DNA of 64,000 nucleotides from an uncultured Pseudomonadota bacterium (GTDB lineage Bacteria; Pseudomonadota; Alphaproteobacteria; Rs-D84; CACZYB01): NCBI GenBank assembly GCA_902785275.1, contig CACZYB010000002.1, positions 32,001 to 96,000 of the forward strand, read 5' to 3'. Shown piece by piece: positions 30,026 to 41,063 of this stretch (position 1 is its first letter; each line of letters starts with the position of its first letter). The notes under the pieces were generated by a model. It saw only the letters and a program-made list of their open reading frames with translations, ran no database searches and was not told where the DNA came from. The position numbers and the translations under genes were made by a program.

Positions 30026-30871
30026 ATGGCTGGAATTATGGAAGGCAAAAAAGGTATAATTTTTGGAGTAGCAAATGATCACTCTATGGCTTGGGGTATT
30101 GCAAAGATTTTGCACGACCAAGGCGCAGAAGTTGCTCTTAACTATATGGGCGATATTATGGAAAAACGTGTTCGTCCATTGGGTGAAAGCATTAACGCTC
30201 CTGTTATCATGCCTGCAAACGTTCAAGATGATGCTTCTTTGGATGCATTCTTTGCAGAAGTAGAAAAGAAATTTGGTAAAATTGATTTCTTGCTTCATGC
30301 TGTTGCATTCTCAAACAAAGAAGAACTTTCAGGACTTTATGTTGAAAAAACAACACGTGAAAACTTTAAAAATACAATGGATATTTCAGTATATTCATTC
30401 TGTGATCTTTGCCGTCGTGCATCAAAAATTATGAACGAAGGCGGTTCATGTTTGACACTTACATATCTTGGTGGCGAATATTACATTCCAAACTATAACG
30501 TAATGGGTGTTGCAAAGGCTGCTTTGGATGCATCTGTACGTTACCTTGCATCTGATTTGGGAAATAAAGGTATCCGTGTAAACGCAATTTCCGCTGGTCC
30601 AATTAAGACTTTAGCTGCAAGTGGTATTGATGACTTCTCTTTAATGCAAAAATGGAACGCATACAACACATTCCTTGGTAGAAATATGACATTAGAAGAT
30701 GTTTCAAAGACAGGTCTTTTCATGTTGTCTGATCTTTCAAGTGGTGTTACAGGTGAAGTTTTGCATTGTGATTGTGGTTACCATGCACAAGGAATGGTTA
30801 ACCTTGACCACATCGCTGAATCTGGTGAACTTTTAACCCAATTTGCAGAAAGACTTGCAAAGAAAGATTAA
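30026..30871 (+). CDS. fabI: Enoyl-ACP reductase FabI
   Basis: GVANDHSMAWGIA, YNVMGVAKAAL, RVNAISAGPIKTLA; GGAGG RBS. Confidence 0.96.
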   Translation: MAGIMEGKKGIIFGVANDHSMAWGIAKILHDQGAEVALNYMGDIMEKRVRPLGESINAPVIMPANVQDDASLDAFFAEVEKKFGKIDFLLHAVAFSNKEELSGLYVEKTTRENFKNTMDISVYSFCDLCRRASKIMNEGGSCLTLTYLGGEYYIPNYNVMGVAKAALDASVRYLASDLGNKGIRVNAISAGPIKTLAASGIDDFSLMQKWNAYNTFLGRNMTLEDVSKTGLFMLSDLSSGVTGEVLHCDCGYHAQGMVNLDHIAESGELLTQFAERLAKKD

Positions 30872-30982
30872 TTGAATCTTATTTGGTTTTAATTTCAAAA
30901 AAACTCTCATTTTTATGGGAGTTTTTTTATTGTCAAATACTCAATTTTGTGTTATAATATCCTCAAACTATGGAGAGATAAT

Positions 30983-32290
30983 ATGAAAAAAAGTATATAT
31001 GTAGCTTTATTTACATCTGTTTTTTTAACTTCTGCTATTGTTGCAAATGCCGGTCGTGGTAGTAATAATGGTAAAAAATCTGTTCGTGCTGGAAGCACAA
31101 GACGTTCTTCTGTTGCAAAACGTGCCTCTGCAATAAGCGCTGTTACAAAGGCTGCAGCAACTACAGCAACAACTGAAACAACAGAAACTAAAAAAACAAC
31201 CAAAGCAAAAGATGCACAGGAATGCGAAAAGATCTTTTTCGATTGTATGGATACAAAAACTCGTGAATCTCTTATGGCAAACGAAGCTTTGTATACTGAT
31301 TATGAAGATATGGTTTCCGAATTTTATTCTGGTATGAAGACACCTGTTTTCAAATGTATTTATTCAGATGATGTTCGTGGCCTTTATTCAAAATATAACT
31401 ATGGTTTCGAACTTTCCGATTCATCAAGCCGTATCGAAAAAATTCGCCGTAATTCCACATACTATTATATGTACTTAAAGGAAAACGCAACAAACGTTGT
31501 AAACAGATCTCTTTTAATTCAACAGGTTGACAGTGATGTTCTTTCTATTGCTGGTGTTGAAAAGTCAGTAGAAGGTCAAAGTAATCCTGAACTTTGGGAT
31601 GTGTCATATTCAATTCTTTCTGTACAACCAAAAGTATTATGGAAAGAAAATGTTGCATACTGTACTAATCCAAAACAAAACGAAGAACTTGAAGGTTGTC
31701 CAAAATTAAAATCTGATGCTCCTGAAAAATGGTTAAGTAACATACCAACAAAAAAGCAAAGCTGTGCTGATTATGAAACATTCTTGAAAAATACATTATC
31801 AAGGGCAAAATCAGATTCAACAAAGTACATTCAAACACTTCGTCCAAAACTTGAATCTCTTATTGATGAATACAATCTTAAAACAGATGCAGAAAAAGAA
31901 CTTGCCCTTTTGGATTTAAAACAAAAAGAAGAAGATGGTCTTAAAAATCTAAAGGAAGAATGTCAAAAATCTACATACAATATTTGTAAAAAAGCTGTTA
32001 CAAAAGAAAATTCAAACAGAAACGAATACGAACGTTATCAGCTTTACAGTAATCAATGTTTCAGATTATTTGAAGATGATATAAACGATTGTCGTGATCC
32101 ACTTCAATTCGCAACTGTAAGTAGGGAAACTGAAACAAGTGTTGCTGAAGATGTTGCAAAGCTTACAAAAGGTATGCTTGGCCGTCTTGTTGATCCAAAT
32201 CCAATTCACCACATTACTGGTGCAGTTAGTGATATAAAACAAACTATAAGTATTGGCGTTAAATCGGTTAAGAAATTCTTTGGTTGGTAA
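30983..32290 (+). CDS. Secreted hypothetical protein (basic N-terminus, Thr-rich linker, Cys-patterned core); paralog of 54797-57082
   Basis: Signal peptide ending ANA; CEKIFFDCMD, FKCIY, SCADYE motifs. Confidence 0.7.
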   Translation: MKKSIYVALFTSVFLTSAIVANAGRGSNNGKKSVRAGSTRRSSVAKRASAISAVTKAAATTATTETTETKKTTKAKDAQECEKIFFDCMDTKTRESLMANEALYTDYEDMVSEFYSGMKTPVFKCIYSDDVRGLYSKYNYGFELSDSSSRIEKIRRNSTYYYMYLKENATNVVNRSLLIQQVDSDVLSIAGVEKSVEGQSNPELWDVSYSILSVQPKVLWKENVAYCTNPKQNEELEGCPKLKSDAPEKWLSNIPTKKQSCADYETFLKNTLSRAKSDSTKYIQTLRPKLESLIDEYNLKTDAEKELALLDLKQKEEDGLKNLKEECQKSTYNICKKAVTKENSNRNEYERYQLYSNQCFRLFEDDINDCRDPLQFATVSRETETSVAEDVAKLTKGMLGRLVDPNPIHHITGAVSDIKQTISIGVKSVKKFFGW

Positions 32291-32388
32291 TAACCGTTTT
32301 ACATTTACAAAAAAGTCCCGCCTTGTGTGGGATTTTTTTTATCTTATAAAAAAGGCACTGTCGCCAATGCCTTAAACTTTTTATGAAA

Positions 32389-32778
32389 TTATCTTTTGTA
32401 TGTTAATCTGTACCCCAAATCTAACATACAACGTTTATATGCATTAGGGTTGGAATTTCCTCCATCAGATGGTATAGAAAAGGCAATTCTTTGCCCAACT
32501 TCACGATAATCATGTGATTCGAATGTTGCCCAAAGACTATCCCACTTTGGTACAGTTTTTGGTTTCATATTATTGAAAATATTTGACATCTGTGTTTTTG
32601 GTTGTACACCCTTTACACCAAGGCATGCCTTATGGTCTTCGATAAACTTTGCCATAACAACATAATCATTTTCCCAATGAAAAACCTGTGCATCATCCAA
32701 ATTTCCGGGAACGGGAAAAGCAAGACATCCCGAAAGCAATGCTGATAAAACCGAATATTTTAAGTATTTATTAAACAT
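32389..32778 (-). CDS. Hypothetical lipoprotein
   Basis: Lipobox LSGC; DHKAC ... YKRCMLDLGY pattern. Confidence 0.7.
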   Translation of the reverse strand: MFNKYLKYSVLSALLSGCLAFPVPGNLDDAQVFHWENDYVVMAKFIEDHKACLGVKGVQPKTQMSNIFNNMKPKTVPKWDSLWATFESHDYREVGQRIAFSIPSDGGNSNPNAYKRCMLDLGYRLTYKR

Positions 32779-32889
32779 TTTCTCTCTCTCTTAAAAAAAG
32801 TATAACATAAAAAAATATTATTTCCAACAGAAAAGAAAAAAAGCTTTATAAAAAAGCTTTTTCTCAAACAAAACTACAAAGAAATTCTT

Positions 32890-33435
32890 TTAATCGTTTT
32901 TAAGTACATTTCCATTTACATCAATAGCCACAGTCTTGTTGTCCTTGTAATTTGTAGCAACAGCAACAAGGTTGTGATCAAATGGAGTTATGTAATCATA
33001 ATAAAGTGGTTTTATAACAACTCTGCCAGTTACATCAATAACACCAGCTTTGTCATTATCACCTGAAACAACAGCATATCCAAGATGGAATGAACCAATT
33101 TTTTTCCATTTTGGTTTTATAACAATGTGAAAGTTTTCATCAATAACGCCATACTTGCCATCTTTTACAATTGTAGCATATCCTTCATAAAAATCGCTAA
33201 TCAAGTCATATACGGTATCAAGAACAACTTCGCCATTTTTTCTTTTTGCGACACCCCATTTATTATCTTTTACCACACGAATAAACTCGCCAACATTTTG
33301 GTTGTGTGCCAAAGGATTATATTCAATAGCCGCAACTTCGTTAAATGAAACATAAGTTTTTCTTTGATTATAGATAAATAAAAATGCAATAAATACAAAT
33401 CCAGAAAGTATCAATGCAAATAAAAATTTTCTCAT
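32890..33435 (-). CDS. WG-repeat protein with an N-terminal TM
   Basis: KWGV, F.EGYA.I.KDGKYGVID..F..VIKP repeats. Confidence 0.85.
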   Translation of the reverse strand: MRKFLFALILSGFVFIAFLFIYNQRKTYVSFNEVAAIEYNPLAHNQNVGEFIRVVKDNKWGVAKRKNGEVVLDTVYDLISDFYEGYATIVKDGKYGVIDENFHIVIKPKWKKIGSFHLGYAVVSGDNDKAGVIDVTGRVVIKPLYYDYITPFDHNLVAVATNYKDNKTVAIDVNGNVLKND

Positions 33436-33485
33436 TTTACACCCCTCTATTAAAAAATAACATCAACATAATAATATCAAATTTT

Positions 33486-35543
33486 TTAATCTAGTTCAAG
33501 TAAAACTTTTTCCATTTCTTTTATTTCATCGCGAAGTATAGTTGCCTTTTCAAACTCAAGGTTATTTGCGAATTTAAGCATCTCTTTTTCTTTTGTTTTA
33601 ATCGCCTTTTGAATATCTTCCTTTGATTTAAAATGCTTCTTTTTAGTAACAGGATTTTTTTCAATATTAACATAGTCCATATCTGCTATATTTCCGGCAA
33701 TCTTTTTTGATACAGTTTTTGGAATTATACCATGTTCAGTATTGTATGCAATTTGTTTTTGCCTACGTCTGTTTGTTTCATCAATTGCGTATTTCATAGA
33801 TTTTGTTATATGATCAGCATAAAGTATAACTCTACCTTCTGCATTACGTGCGGCACGACCAATAGTTTGAATAAGGGATCGTTCAGAACGAAGGAAACCT
33901 TCCTTGTCAGCATCAAGAATTGCTACTAACTTACATTCAGGAATATCAAGTCCTTCACGAAGAAGGTTAATACCAACTAAAACATCAAAAACACCCATAC
34001 GCAAATCTTTGATTATTTCGATTCTCTCTAATGTATCAATGTCCGAGTGAAGATATCGAACTTTTATTCCATACTCTGCCAAATAATCGGTAAGTTGCTC
34101 TGCCATTTTTTTTGTAAGAGTAGTGCAAAGAACACGCCCACCAGAAAGAGCAACCTTTCGGCATTCGTGCATCAAATCATCTACCTGATTTTCCAACGGT
34201 CTAACTTCAACCTCTGGATCCAAAAGTCCGGTTGGTCTGATAAGTTGTTCTGTAAATTTACCACCTGTTTGTTCCAATTCCCAATCCCCAGGTGTCGCAG
34301 AAATATAAACTGTTCTGCCCCTGAAATTATTCCATTCTTCAAATTTCAACGGTCTGTTATCCAAACATGATGGAAGTCTGAAACCATACTGAGATAGTGT
34401 TGTCTTTCTAGCTCTATCTCCATTATACATTCCACCAATTTGTGGGACAGATACGTGTGATTCATCAATAAACACAATCGCATCATCCGGAAGATATTCG
34501 AATAGAGTAGGAGGAGGAGAACCCGCAGGACGTCCAGTCAAATACCTTGAATAATTTTCAATACTTTTGCAATATCCAGTACTTTCCAACATCTCAATAT
34601 CAAAGTTTGTTTTTTCTCTTAATCTTTGTTCTTCAACTAATTGATGATTTTGAATGAAGTATTGAAGTCGTTGTTGCAACTCTTCCTTTATCCCAACAAT
34701 CGCATTGGAAAGTGCAGGGCCTGGTGTTACATAATGGCTTGATGGATAAATTGTTGTTGATTTAAGTGAAAGTGTCCTTTTTCCTGTTAGTGTATCAAAT
34801 TCTGCAATAGTTTCAATATCATCACCAAAAAAAGAATAACGCCATGCCTTATCTTCCAAGTGTACAGGGAAAACTTCCAACGTATCCCCGCGAAGACGGA
34901 ATGTACCTCTATCAAGAGCAATATCGTTTCGTTCATACTGCATTTCGGTAAGTGTTTTTATAACATCTTCCAATGGTATTGTTTGTCCTTCCTCTAATGT
35001 CAAGCTCATAGAAGAGTAAGACTCTGGTGAACCCAAACCATAAATACACGAAACGGATGCAACAATTATAACATCCCTAAATTCCAAAAGAGAGCGTGTT
35101 GCCGAATGTCTAAGTCTATCAATCTGTTCGTTAATCGCGCTGTCTTTTTCAATGTATGTGTCTGTTTTCGGAATATATGCTTCCGGTTGATAATAGTCAT
35201 AGTATGAAACAAAATATTCCACATGGTTATTGGGGAAAAGTTCCAACATTTCCTGATAAAGCTGTGCCGCCAAAATCTTGTTTGGAGCCATAATCAATGC
35301 CGGTACCTGACATTGTTGTATAACATTTGCCATGGTAAATGTTTTACCGCTTCCTGTGATACCCAAAAGAACCTGATCTCTTTTACCTTCCTTTATACCT
35401 TTAACCAGCTCGGCAATAGCGGTTGGTTGGTCCCCGCTTGGGGTAAATTGAGATACCATTTTGAACCCCGCTGGTTCCCCAGAGGGTATTTTGTTGTACA
35501 AAGCATGTAAAATAGGATTTTTATCCATAATATTTACCATCAA
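33486..35543 (-). CDS. uvrB: Excinuclease ABC subunit B
   Basis: [39 protein letters not shown]-terminal UVR domain. The exact start codon is uncertain. Confidence 0.98.
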   Translation of the reverse strand: MMVNIMDKNPILHALYNKIPSGEPAGFKMVSQFTPSGDQPTAIAELVKGIKEGKRDQVLLGITGSGKTFTMANVIQQCQVPALIMAPNKILAAQLYQEMLELFPNNHVEYFVSYYDYYQPEAYIPKTDTYIEKDSAINEQIDRLRHSATRSLLEFRDVIIVASVSCIYGLGSPESYSSMSLTLEEGQTIPLEDVIKTLTEMQYERNDIALDRGTFRLRGDTLEVFPVHLEDKAWRYSFFGDDIETIAEFDTLTGKRTLSLKSTTIYPSSHYVTPGPALSNAIVGIKEELQQRLQYFIQNHQLVEEQRLREKTNFDIEMLESTGYCKSIENYSRYLTGRPAGSPPPTLFEYLPDDAIVFIDESHVSVPQIGGMYNGDRARKTTLSQYGFRLPSCLDNRPLKFEEWNNFRGRTVYISATPGDWELEQTGGKFTEQLIRPTGLLDPEVEVRPLENQVDDLMHECRKVALSGGRVLCTTLTKKMAEQLTDYLAEYGIKVRYLHSDIDTLERIEIIKDLRMGVFDVLVGINLLREGLDIPECKLVAILDADKEGFLRSERSLIQTIGRAARNAEGRVILYADHITKSMKYAIDETNRRRQKQIAYNTEHGIIPKTVSKKIAGNIADMDYVNIEKNPVTKKKHFKSKEDIQKAIKTKEKEMLKFANNLEFEKATILRDEIKEMEKVLLELD

Positions 35544-35655
35544 AAATTTATTTTTTACTTGTCTTAATAAAACTATAAATATAATATATGTCTATAAGGG
35601 GATTGTCAAAGAAAATAAATGCTTATGTTTAGGTGTTTATTCAAAGAGGGGTAAT

Positions 35656-38600
35656 ATGGATTTTCTTAGTTTTTTTTATAATATGAAAAGAAGTTATCAA
35701 ATCTTGCTTGGGGTTGTTGTTTCCCTATTGGCGCTATATATTTTACCTAACTTTATTGATCTAAAGGATCACAAGGAATTTATCGAACAAAAGATAGAAG
35801 AAAATTTTGGTTTCAAAGCATCTATTGGTGGTCGAATTTCTTTTACTATTTTCCCTCGACCATCACTTATTTTAAATAACGTTCAAATTTATTCAAAGGA
35901 TGAAAATTCAAAGGCTGGTATACTTGTAAACGCACATCAAGTTTTCATTAATACCGACATTACAAACATCCTTAACAGAAAGTTTACAATTAAGCGTGCC
36001 GGATTCGTTAATGCAACTTTTTATGCAACATCCTATCGTATATCAGGGTATGAAAATTTGGATAAACTTTTGAATGGAAAATTGTTTAAACAGCTTTTCT
36101 TGAAAAACAGTCGTATCGTTTTCCCAAATGAGTTTATAAACAATATCGATGTTACCCTAAAGGTTACAAGTGATGAAAAATTAAAAGGATACGGAAAGTT
36201 TGATTTCAAGGATGGTACCGTTGACGATTTAACTGTTGTTCTTTCCTATCTTAATAAGGAAAATTATAATTTGGTTACTGATTTTTCTTATATCCAAGGT
36301 CGAAATAGAATGAAAAACAATTTAACCTTTATTGTAAAGGAAAATGAAAAAACATATTCTGGTTCAACCGAACTTTTAACAAATAACATTACGAAATTTA
36401 TTCAACACTTTAATCCAAAGTTTGTTTTGCCACAAACACCTATGTTTAAGGAAAAGTTAATTATAAAAACTTCATTCCAAAATTCTGCTGATGCAATTTT
36501 GTTAACAAATGGAAGTTTAGAAGGAAGTAACGTTGTCGCAACATTCAAAGGAAAGCTTCCTTTCATTGCTAATTCCAACTATAAAATCAATACAAAGGAG
36601 ATTTCGTTAAATTTCGATTTTGTAAACCTTGTTCTTGATCGTGTGATGGAAGTAAACGTTGATGTTGCACAAAACCCACTTGCTACACTTACACAGGCAA
36701 AACCATTGCTCGAGCTATTCAAATTTGCAAAAATAAATATCTTTGCAAAAAGTATTATTTTGCATAATGCGGTTATGAATGATTTTAAACTTTCTACTGA
36801 ACCAATATATTATGATGATAAGTTTAATGGACTTGATGTTAAAAACCTTAGCTATCAAATTTTGAAAAATACATTTTCACTTAAGGGAAAACTTTTAAAT
36901 ATTCCTGATAATATGACATTGGATGCATTTGTAAAAACAGACGTTCCTTTTAATATTTCAAATATTTTTGGGACAAGGTTAAAGATTACAAACTTTGTAT
37001 CAAATGTTACTATGGCTCCTGATTTAATAAGATTAAGCAACCTTTCATCAAACATCGGTGAAACTGATATTTCTGGTGAATTTTCTTATGCAAAACCAAA
37101 TGGTGTGCCAGAATATAATGCAAACCTAAAATCTGAATTTATCAATCTTGATAATATTTTCAGGGAAAAAATTGATTTGCCATTTATTATATCAAAACTT
37201 TCCAGCTTAACTAACAGCAAGTTTAATTTATCCACCGCGTTCAAAAAGTTTAAGATGAACCGTGAAAATTATAATGAACTAAAACTTAAATCTGATTTTG
37301 CTGATGGTACATTGCGTATAAAAAATCTTACTTTCAAAGACAATGATTACTCCAGTCATATGAAAGGGGATTTGGTTGATATTACCGGTACAAATGGAAA
37401 GTTCAAAGATTTTGAATACAAGATTTCATCTTCTACACTAAAGGGTTTAACTCTTCCATTTATCAGAAATACATTCATTGAAAAAATGATTGCGAATGGT
37501 GTAAATCAAATAAACATTTTATTAAACGGAGATGCGGATAATCCGATATCTTCTGTTGATGCAAACTTGAACAACATTCGTGTAAAGGTAAAGGGTAAAT
37601 TGCTTGACAGTAATTCTGAATACAGTATTGAACTTTCACACAATGAATTAAAGGGTTTCTTGTTCTCATGGGGGTATATCGATGCAAACCTTATGAATTA
37701 CCTTTATGACAATATACCTTTCACTGTTTTCGCAGATATAAAAGGTGATAATATTAATAATATAAAACTAAAGATAAAAAATAATGATATAACCGGTTCA
37801 ATCACCCGTGAAAAGGTTAAAAAAGAAACTGTTACTTCAGTTAAATTTAATGCTGAAAAACTTGATATAAAGGGTGTTATAAAACGTATTCGTGAAACAG
37901 ATGGATATGTGGATTTGATTTTAAAACTTGTTCGTTTGCTTTCTTATAACCTTTATGTTTCAGCAGATGTACTTGATGATTATGATAAAAATTCATACCA
38001 AGATTTTGTCCTTGATATACAAAATGTTGAAAATCCAGGTCGTTTAAAATTTGCCCTTAAAAAAGGTGATTATGAAATTGATTTAGATTCGGAAATCGTT
38101 AATTCAAATGTTTTTGAAGGAAATATTGATATTTCAAACTTTACTGTTCCAAAAGATTTGATGAATAACGAACTTTTAAATCTTGTTTCCGGAACAGTTA
38201 ATTCAAATATAAAGTTCAAAACATTTGGAACATCGGCATATCAACTTTTATCAAATCTAAGTGGTGATTTCGATTTGAATATTTTAGATGGTGTTATAAA
38301 GGGTATAAGTGATTACGACACAATATTTGCAAATATTGTAAACCTTTCAAACATTACTACAAATAACGTGATTTATTCGCTTGAGGCATCATTAAAGTCT
38401 GGCCAGTTGGGTTTTTCTGATTTAAGTATAAAGGGTAAATTGAACGAAGCAAGTATTGAAAATGCGGGTTTCAAACTTACCGCACCAAACATTGATGTTT
38501 CAGGTATGGTAAGTGGTAACTTAATCCAAAAATCATTGAATATAGAAAGTGTGTTTGATATCGCAAATCTTTCACCAAACAAGCTTACTATTATGTATAA

Positions 38601-38706
38601 TCTAAAAGGATACATAAATAACCTTACAGGAAGGATTGATACATCATCATTGATTTCAAAGATTAATACAATATACCTACAAAAAAAGAAAAAGGATTCA
38701 ATGTAA
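35656..38706 (+). CDS. AsmA family protein
   Basis: N-terminal TM then P.FID...K..IE...G....IGG.ISF..FPRP; AsmA-like C-terminus (LLSNLSG.F...DGVIKG). Confidence 0.8.
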   Translation: MDFLSFFYNMKRSYQILLGVVVSLLALYILPNFIDLKDHKEFIEQKIEENFGFKASIGGRISFTIFPRPSLILNNVQIYSKDENSKAGILVNAHQVFINTDITNILNRKFTIKRAGFVNATFYATSYRISGYENLDKLLNGKLFKQLFLKNSRIVFPNEFINNIDVTLKVTSDEKLKGYGKFDFKDGTVDDLTVVLSYLNKENYNLVTDFSYIQGRNRMKNNLTFIVKENEKTYSGSTELLTNNITKFIQHFNPKFVLPQTPMFKEKLIIKTSFQNSADAILLTNGSLEGSNVVATFKGKLPFIANSNYKINTKEISLNFDFVNLVLDRVMEVNVDVAQNPLATLTQAKPLLELFKFAKINIFAKSIILHNAVMNDFKLSTEPIYYDDKFNGLDVKNLSYQILKNTFSLKGKLLNIPDNMTLDAFVKTDVPFNISNIFGTRLKITNFVSNVTMAPDLIRLSNLSSNIGETDISGEFSYAKPNGVPEYNANLKSEFINLDNIFREKIDLPFIISKLSSLTNSKFNLSTAFKKFKMNRENYNELKLKSDFADGTLRIKNLTFKDNDYSSHMKGDLVDITGTNGKFKDFEYKISSSTLKGLTLPFIRNTFIEKMIANGVNQINILLNGDADNPISSVDANLNNIRVKVKGKLLDSNSEYSIELSHNELKGFLFSWGYIDANLMNYLYDNIPFTVFADIKGDNINNIKLKIKNNDITGSITREKVKKETVTSVKFNAEKLDIKGVIKRIRETDGYVDLILKLVRLLSYNLYVSADVLDDYDKNSYQDFVLDIQNVENPGRLKFALKKGDYEIDLDSEIVNSNVFEGNIDISNFTVPKDLMNNELLNLVSGTVNSNIKFKTFGTSAYQLLSNLSGDFDLNILDGVIKGISDYDTIFANIVNLSNITTNNVIYSLEASLKSGQLGFSDLSIKGKLNEASIENAGFKLTAPNIDVSGMVSGNLIQKSLNIESVFDIANLSPNKLTIMYNLKGYINNLTGRIDTSSLISKINTIYLQKKKKDSM

Positions 38707-38907
38707 TCCTTTTATTTTTTTTAATACGAAAACGCGGATTTTACTTGAAAGATTATCATCGGTTGGAATTTCATCAATTTCGGAAATAATTTTTCCCAGT
38801 GATTTATTTTCTCGTTTGCAAATGGCCTTTAATTCTTCCCAAAATTCCGGTTCCAAAGACAAACTTGTCTTATGTCCAGTGATAGTTATCGAATGTTTTT
38901 CAAGCAT
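38698..38907 (-). CDS. Ribbon-helix-helix domain protein (RHH_4)
   Basis: KHSITITGHKTSLSLEPEFWEEL...NLSSKIRVFVL. Confidence 0.9.
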   Translation of the reverse strand: MLEKHSITITGHKTSLSLEPEFWEELKAICKRENKSLGKIISEIDEIPTDDNLSSKIRVFVLKKIKGLH

Positions 38908-38922
38908 CTGTTTGACCCCAAA

Positions 38923-39369
38923 TTATATAGTTTCTTTTATGTATTCAAGCAACTGTTTGAATTTTTCAAAAACTTTTATTGTTTCAAAATTTATTCTGTT
39001 TAAAATCTTGAATTTTTTATCGTCTTCATCAAAAATAATTATATCAAAAAACATACTGCCAATAATAACGCGGTTATTGATTAAAGGATTTCCACTTTTT
39101 ACAAGAGGCATATTCACATCTACAACATTTGGAAATTTATAGTTATATTTTGTTCGTTCAAAAACTTTTGTGCCATAAAATTCATACGGAGGAAGTATCA
39201 AACCGTCGCTTTCTTTTAAAAACTCTTGATATTCCGGTGGAATAGGCGAAAGGTTGTTATTCTTAAGCATCGCATTTGTAAAATCAATCTGAGAGATATT
39301 TGCGTTGTCAAATCTAACCGCATTTGGAACCATATTTTCAAGGATTGTAATTTCTTCTTTTAAACTCAT
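38923..39369 (-). CDS. SUKH/SMI1-KNR4 (YrhA-like) immunity protein
   Basis: IPPEYQEFLKESDGL....EFYG, VIIG, final FEKFKQLL. Confidence 0.8.
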   Translation of the reverse strand: MSLKEEITILENMVPNAVRFDNANISQIDFTNAMLKNNNLSPIPPEYQEFLKESDGLILPPYEFYGTKVFERTKYNYKFPNVVDVNMPLVKSGNPLINNRVIIGSMFFDIIIFDEDDKKFKILNRINFETIKVFEKFKQLLEYIKETI

Positions 39370-39935
39370 TAAAACCTCCCTGAATTTTTTAAAAACATAG
39401 TACTTCCAATTTCTGACATCTTATCGGCAGATGTGTTTCCACCCGCACCGGCAAATCCCTTTAATGCAGGAAGAAATACTATGCCATCAGGATTTGGCAC
39501 ATAAAGCTCTGTTGGAAGTAAAAATCCATTATTTTTATCATAGCCAGGATACTCCTTATTAAACGATAAAATCTGTTCATCAATAAAGGTATCAAGTATC
39601 TGTTTAAATGGGCGTGTTCTTATCAAAAACATATTGGAAAACTCAAGCTTTCCGCCATATTCCACAGGTTTTTTAAGGTATATAGTTATGTTTTCATTAA
39701 GTATCCCAGCATGCAATTCCTGTATTGCCTCAATCGGAAAATTCGCTTCCATAAGTTGTGATATATTGTTATAAGAAACATACTGTATTAATTTTTTTGA
39801 AATTTTAAAAAAGTCATTTCTAAATGCTTCGGCATTAAGGATATTTTTACCCTTATACGAAACTTTTGATATCGGCATTTCAGGAAGACCAAGTTTCGCA
39901 ATTAAATCGTGATAATATTCTTCACTGAACAGCAT
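39369..39935 (-). CDS. Degenerate HNH nuclease toxin-like domain
   Basis: TIYLKKPVEYGGKLEFSNMFLI...PFK corresponds to the VHHKLPLDDGGTN.F.NLVLI...PYH motif with the His residues lost. It is translationally coupled to the SUKH gene. Confidence 0.6.
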   Translation of the reverse strand: MLFSEEYYHDLIAKLGLPEMPISKVSYKGKNILNAEAFRNDFFKISKKLIQYVSYNNISQLMEANFPIEAIQELHAGILNENITIYLKKPVEYGGKLEFSNMFLIRTRPFKQILDTFIDEQILSFNKEYPGYDKNNGFLLPTELYVPNPDGIVFLPALKGFAGAGGNTSADKMSEIGSTMFLKNSGRF

Positions 39936-39944
39936 TTTTACCTC

Positions 39945-41060
39945 CTATCCGACTTTTTTAATTGGTGATTTTTTCGCCTTTTTATTAAAATATTTCATCA
40001 AGGTATTAACAAAGTTTTTATAACTTTCCAAAACCTCGGTTCCTGATTTATCCGGCAAAACATCAATCAAATTAGGAAGATCAGAACGGTTCATAAAACG
40101 AACAACATCTACACCAATTTCTTCCCATTTTGCCTTGATATCAGCATAGTTTGAAACAGTAGCACTTGGAATAACCACAACAGGTTTTATCAAAATACCA
40201 TTGTCTTCTGGTAATACTTCGTTAATCATATTTTGAATCATATTTGCAACATTTTTAATTTCCCCAACCGGTGATGGAAATTTGTGTTCATTCGTAAACC
40301 AAGAAGGAGTTTCTCCCTGTGCGTTTGAAACTTCGTTCGCAATAATTTCGCCGGTTTCTGTGGAAATAATACCAACCACTAAAGTATCACTTTCGGCAAT
40401 TGCTACGAAATCAATATCTGTATTGGCAATAACTTGAGCCCCCATATCGACATAGCCCGCATCAATCAAAACATCATCAATCATATTTTTGTAAACATCT
40501 CTGGCGCTAAGCATTCCTGACATATCCACAACATTATTTTCTTTAGGTGTATTTTGCGGTATTACCTCGGATTGTACAGAAGGTGCCTGTGGTGCAACCT
40601 GTGTCTCTGGTTGTACTGGTTGTGGTGCAATATCAACTTTTGTTTCGGTAACTGTCTTTACCACATCATTTACTGGCTTTTCCATAACAGTTTCCTTTGC
40701 AGGTTTTACCTGATTTGAAACATTGTTTCCATACAAATTTTCCCACTTTGCAATGTCTTCTTGTGAAGTATTATTTAAAAAAGAAACAGGGTTTTCCACC
40801 GCCTGTCCATTACTTTCATTCACAGTATTTTTATGGCTTTCTTTTAATGTAAGAATTCTAACTAATGCAAGGACATAAAGCGAAGCATTAACTGATGAAA
40901 CGATAAGTAAAAACTTGTCCTGAGAAAAGATATATCTGAAAACACCAATAGATGGGAATTTATGAAAATTAACCCCCCACCATGTGTTCATCCAATACAT
41001 AATTGGCCCAATCAATATGCCAGTAATTATTAAAATATAAAGGAATTTTTTCTTTATCAT
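39945..41060 (-). CDS. Two-TM membrane protein with a Pro/Gln linker and a degenerate NERD-like domain
   Basis: DIDFVAI, G.I...SWF....F.SPV, PVVV; the usual ExK is absent. Confidence 0.55.
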   Translation of the reverse strand: MIKKKFLYILIITGILIGPIMYWMNTWWGVNFHKFPSIGVFRYIFSQDKFLLIVSSVNASLYVLALVRILTLKESHKNTVNESNGQAVENPVSFLNNTSQEDIAKWENLYGNNVSNQVKPAKETVMEKPVNDVVKTVTETKVDIAPQPVQPETQVAPQAPSVQSEVIPQNTPKENNVVDMSGMLSARDVYKNMIDDVLIDAGYVDMGAQVIANTDIDFVAIAESDTLVVGIISTETGEIIANEVSNAQGETPSWFTNEHKFPSPVGEIKNVANMIQNMINEVLPEDNGILIKPVVVIPSATVSNYADIKAKWEEIGVDVVRFMNRSDLPNLIDVLPDKSGTEVLESYKNFVNTLMKYFNKKAKKSPIKKVG

Positions 41061-41063
41061 TTT

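Noticed and set aside
35461-35655. N-terminal extension of AsmA overlapping uvrB
   Set aside because: The ATG at 35656 has a GAGGGG RBS and gives the normal N-terminal TM. The extension is just open frame.
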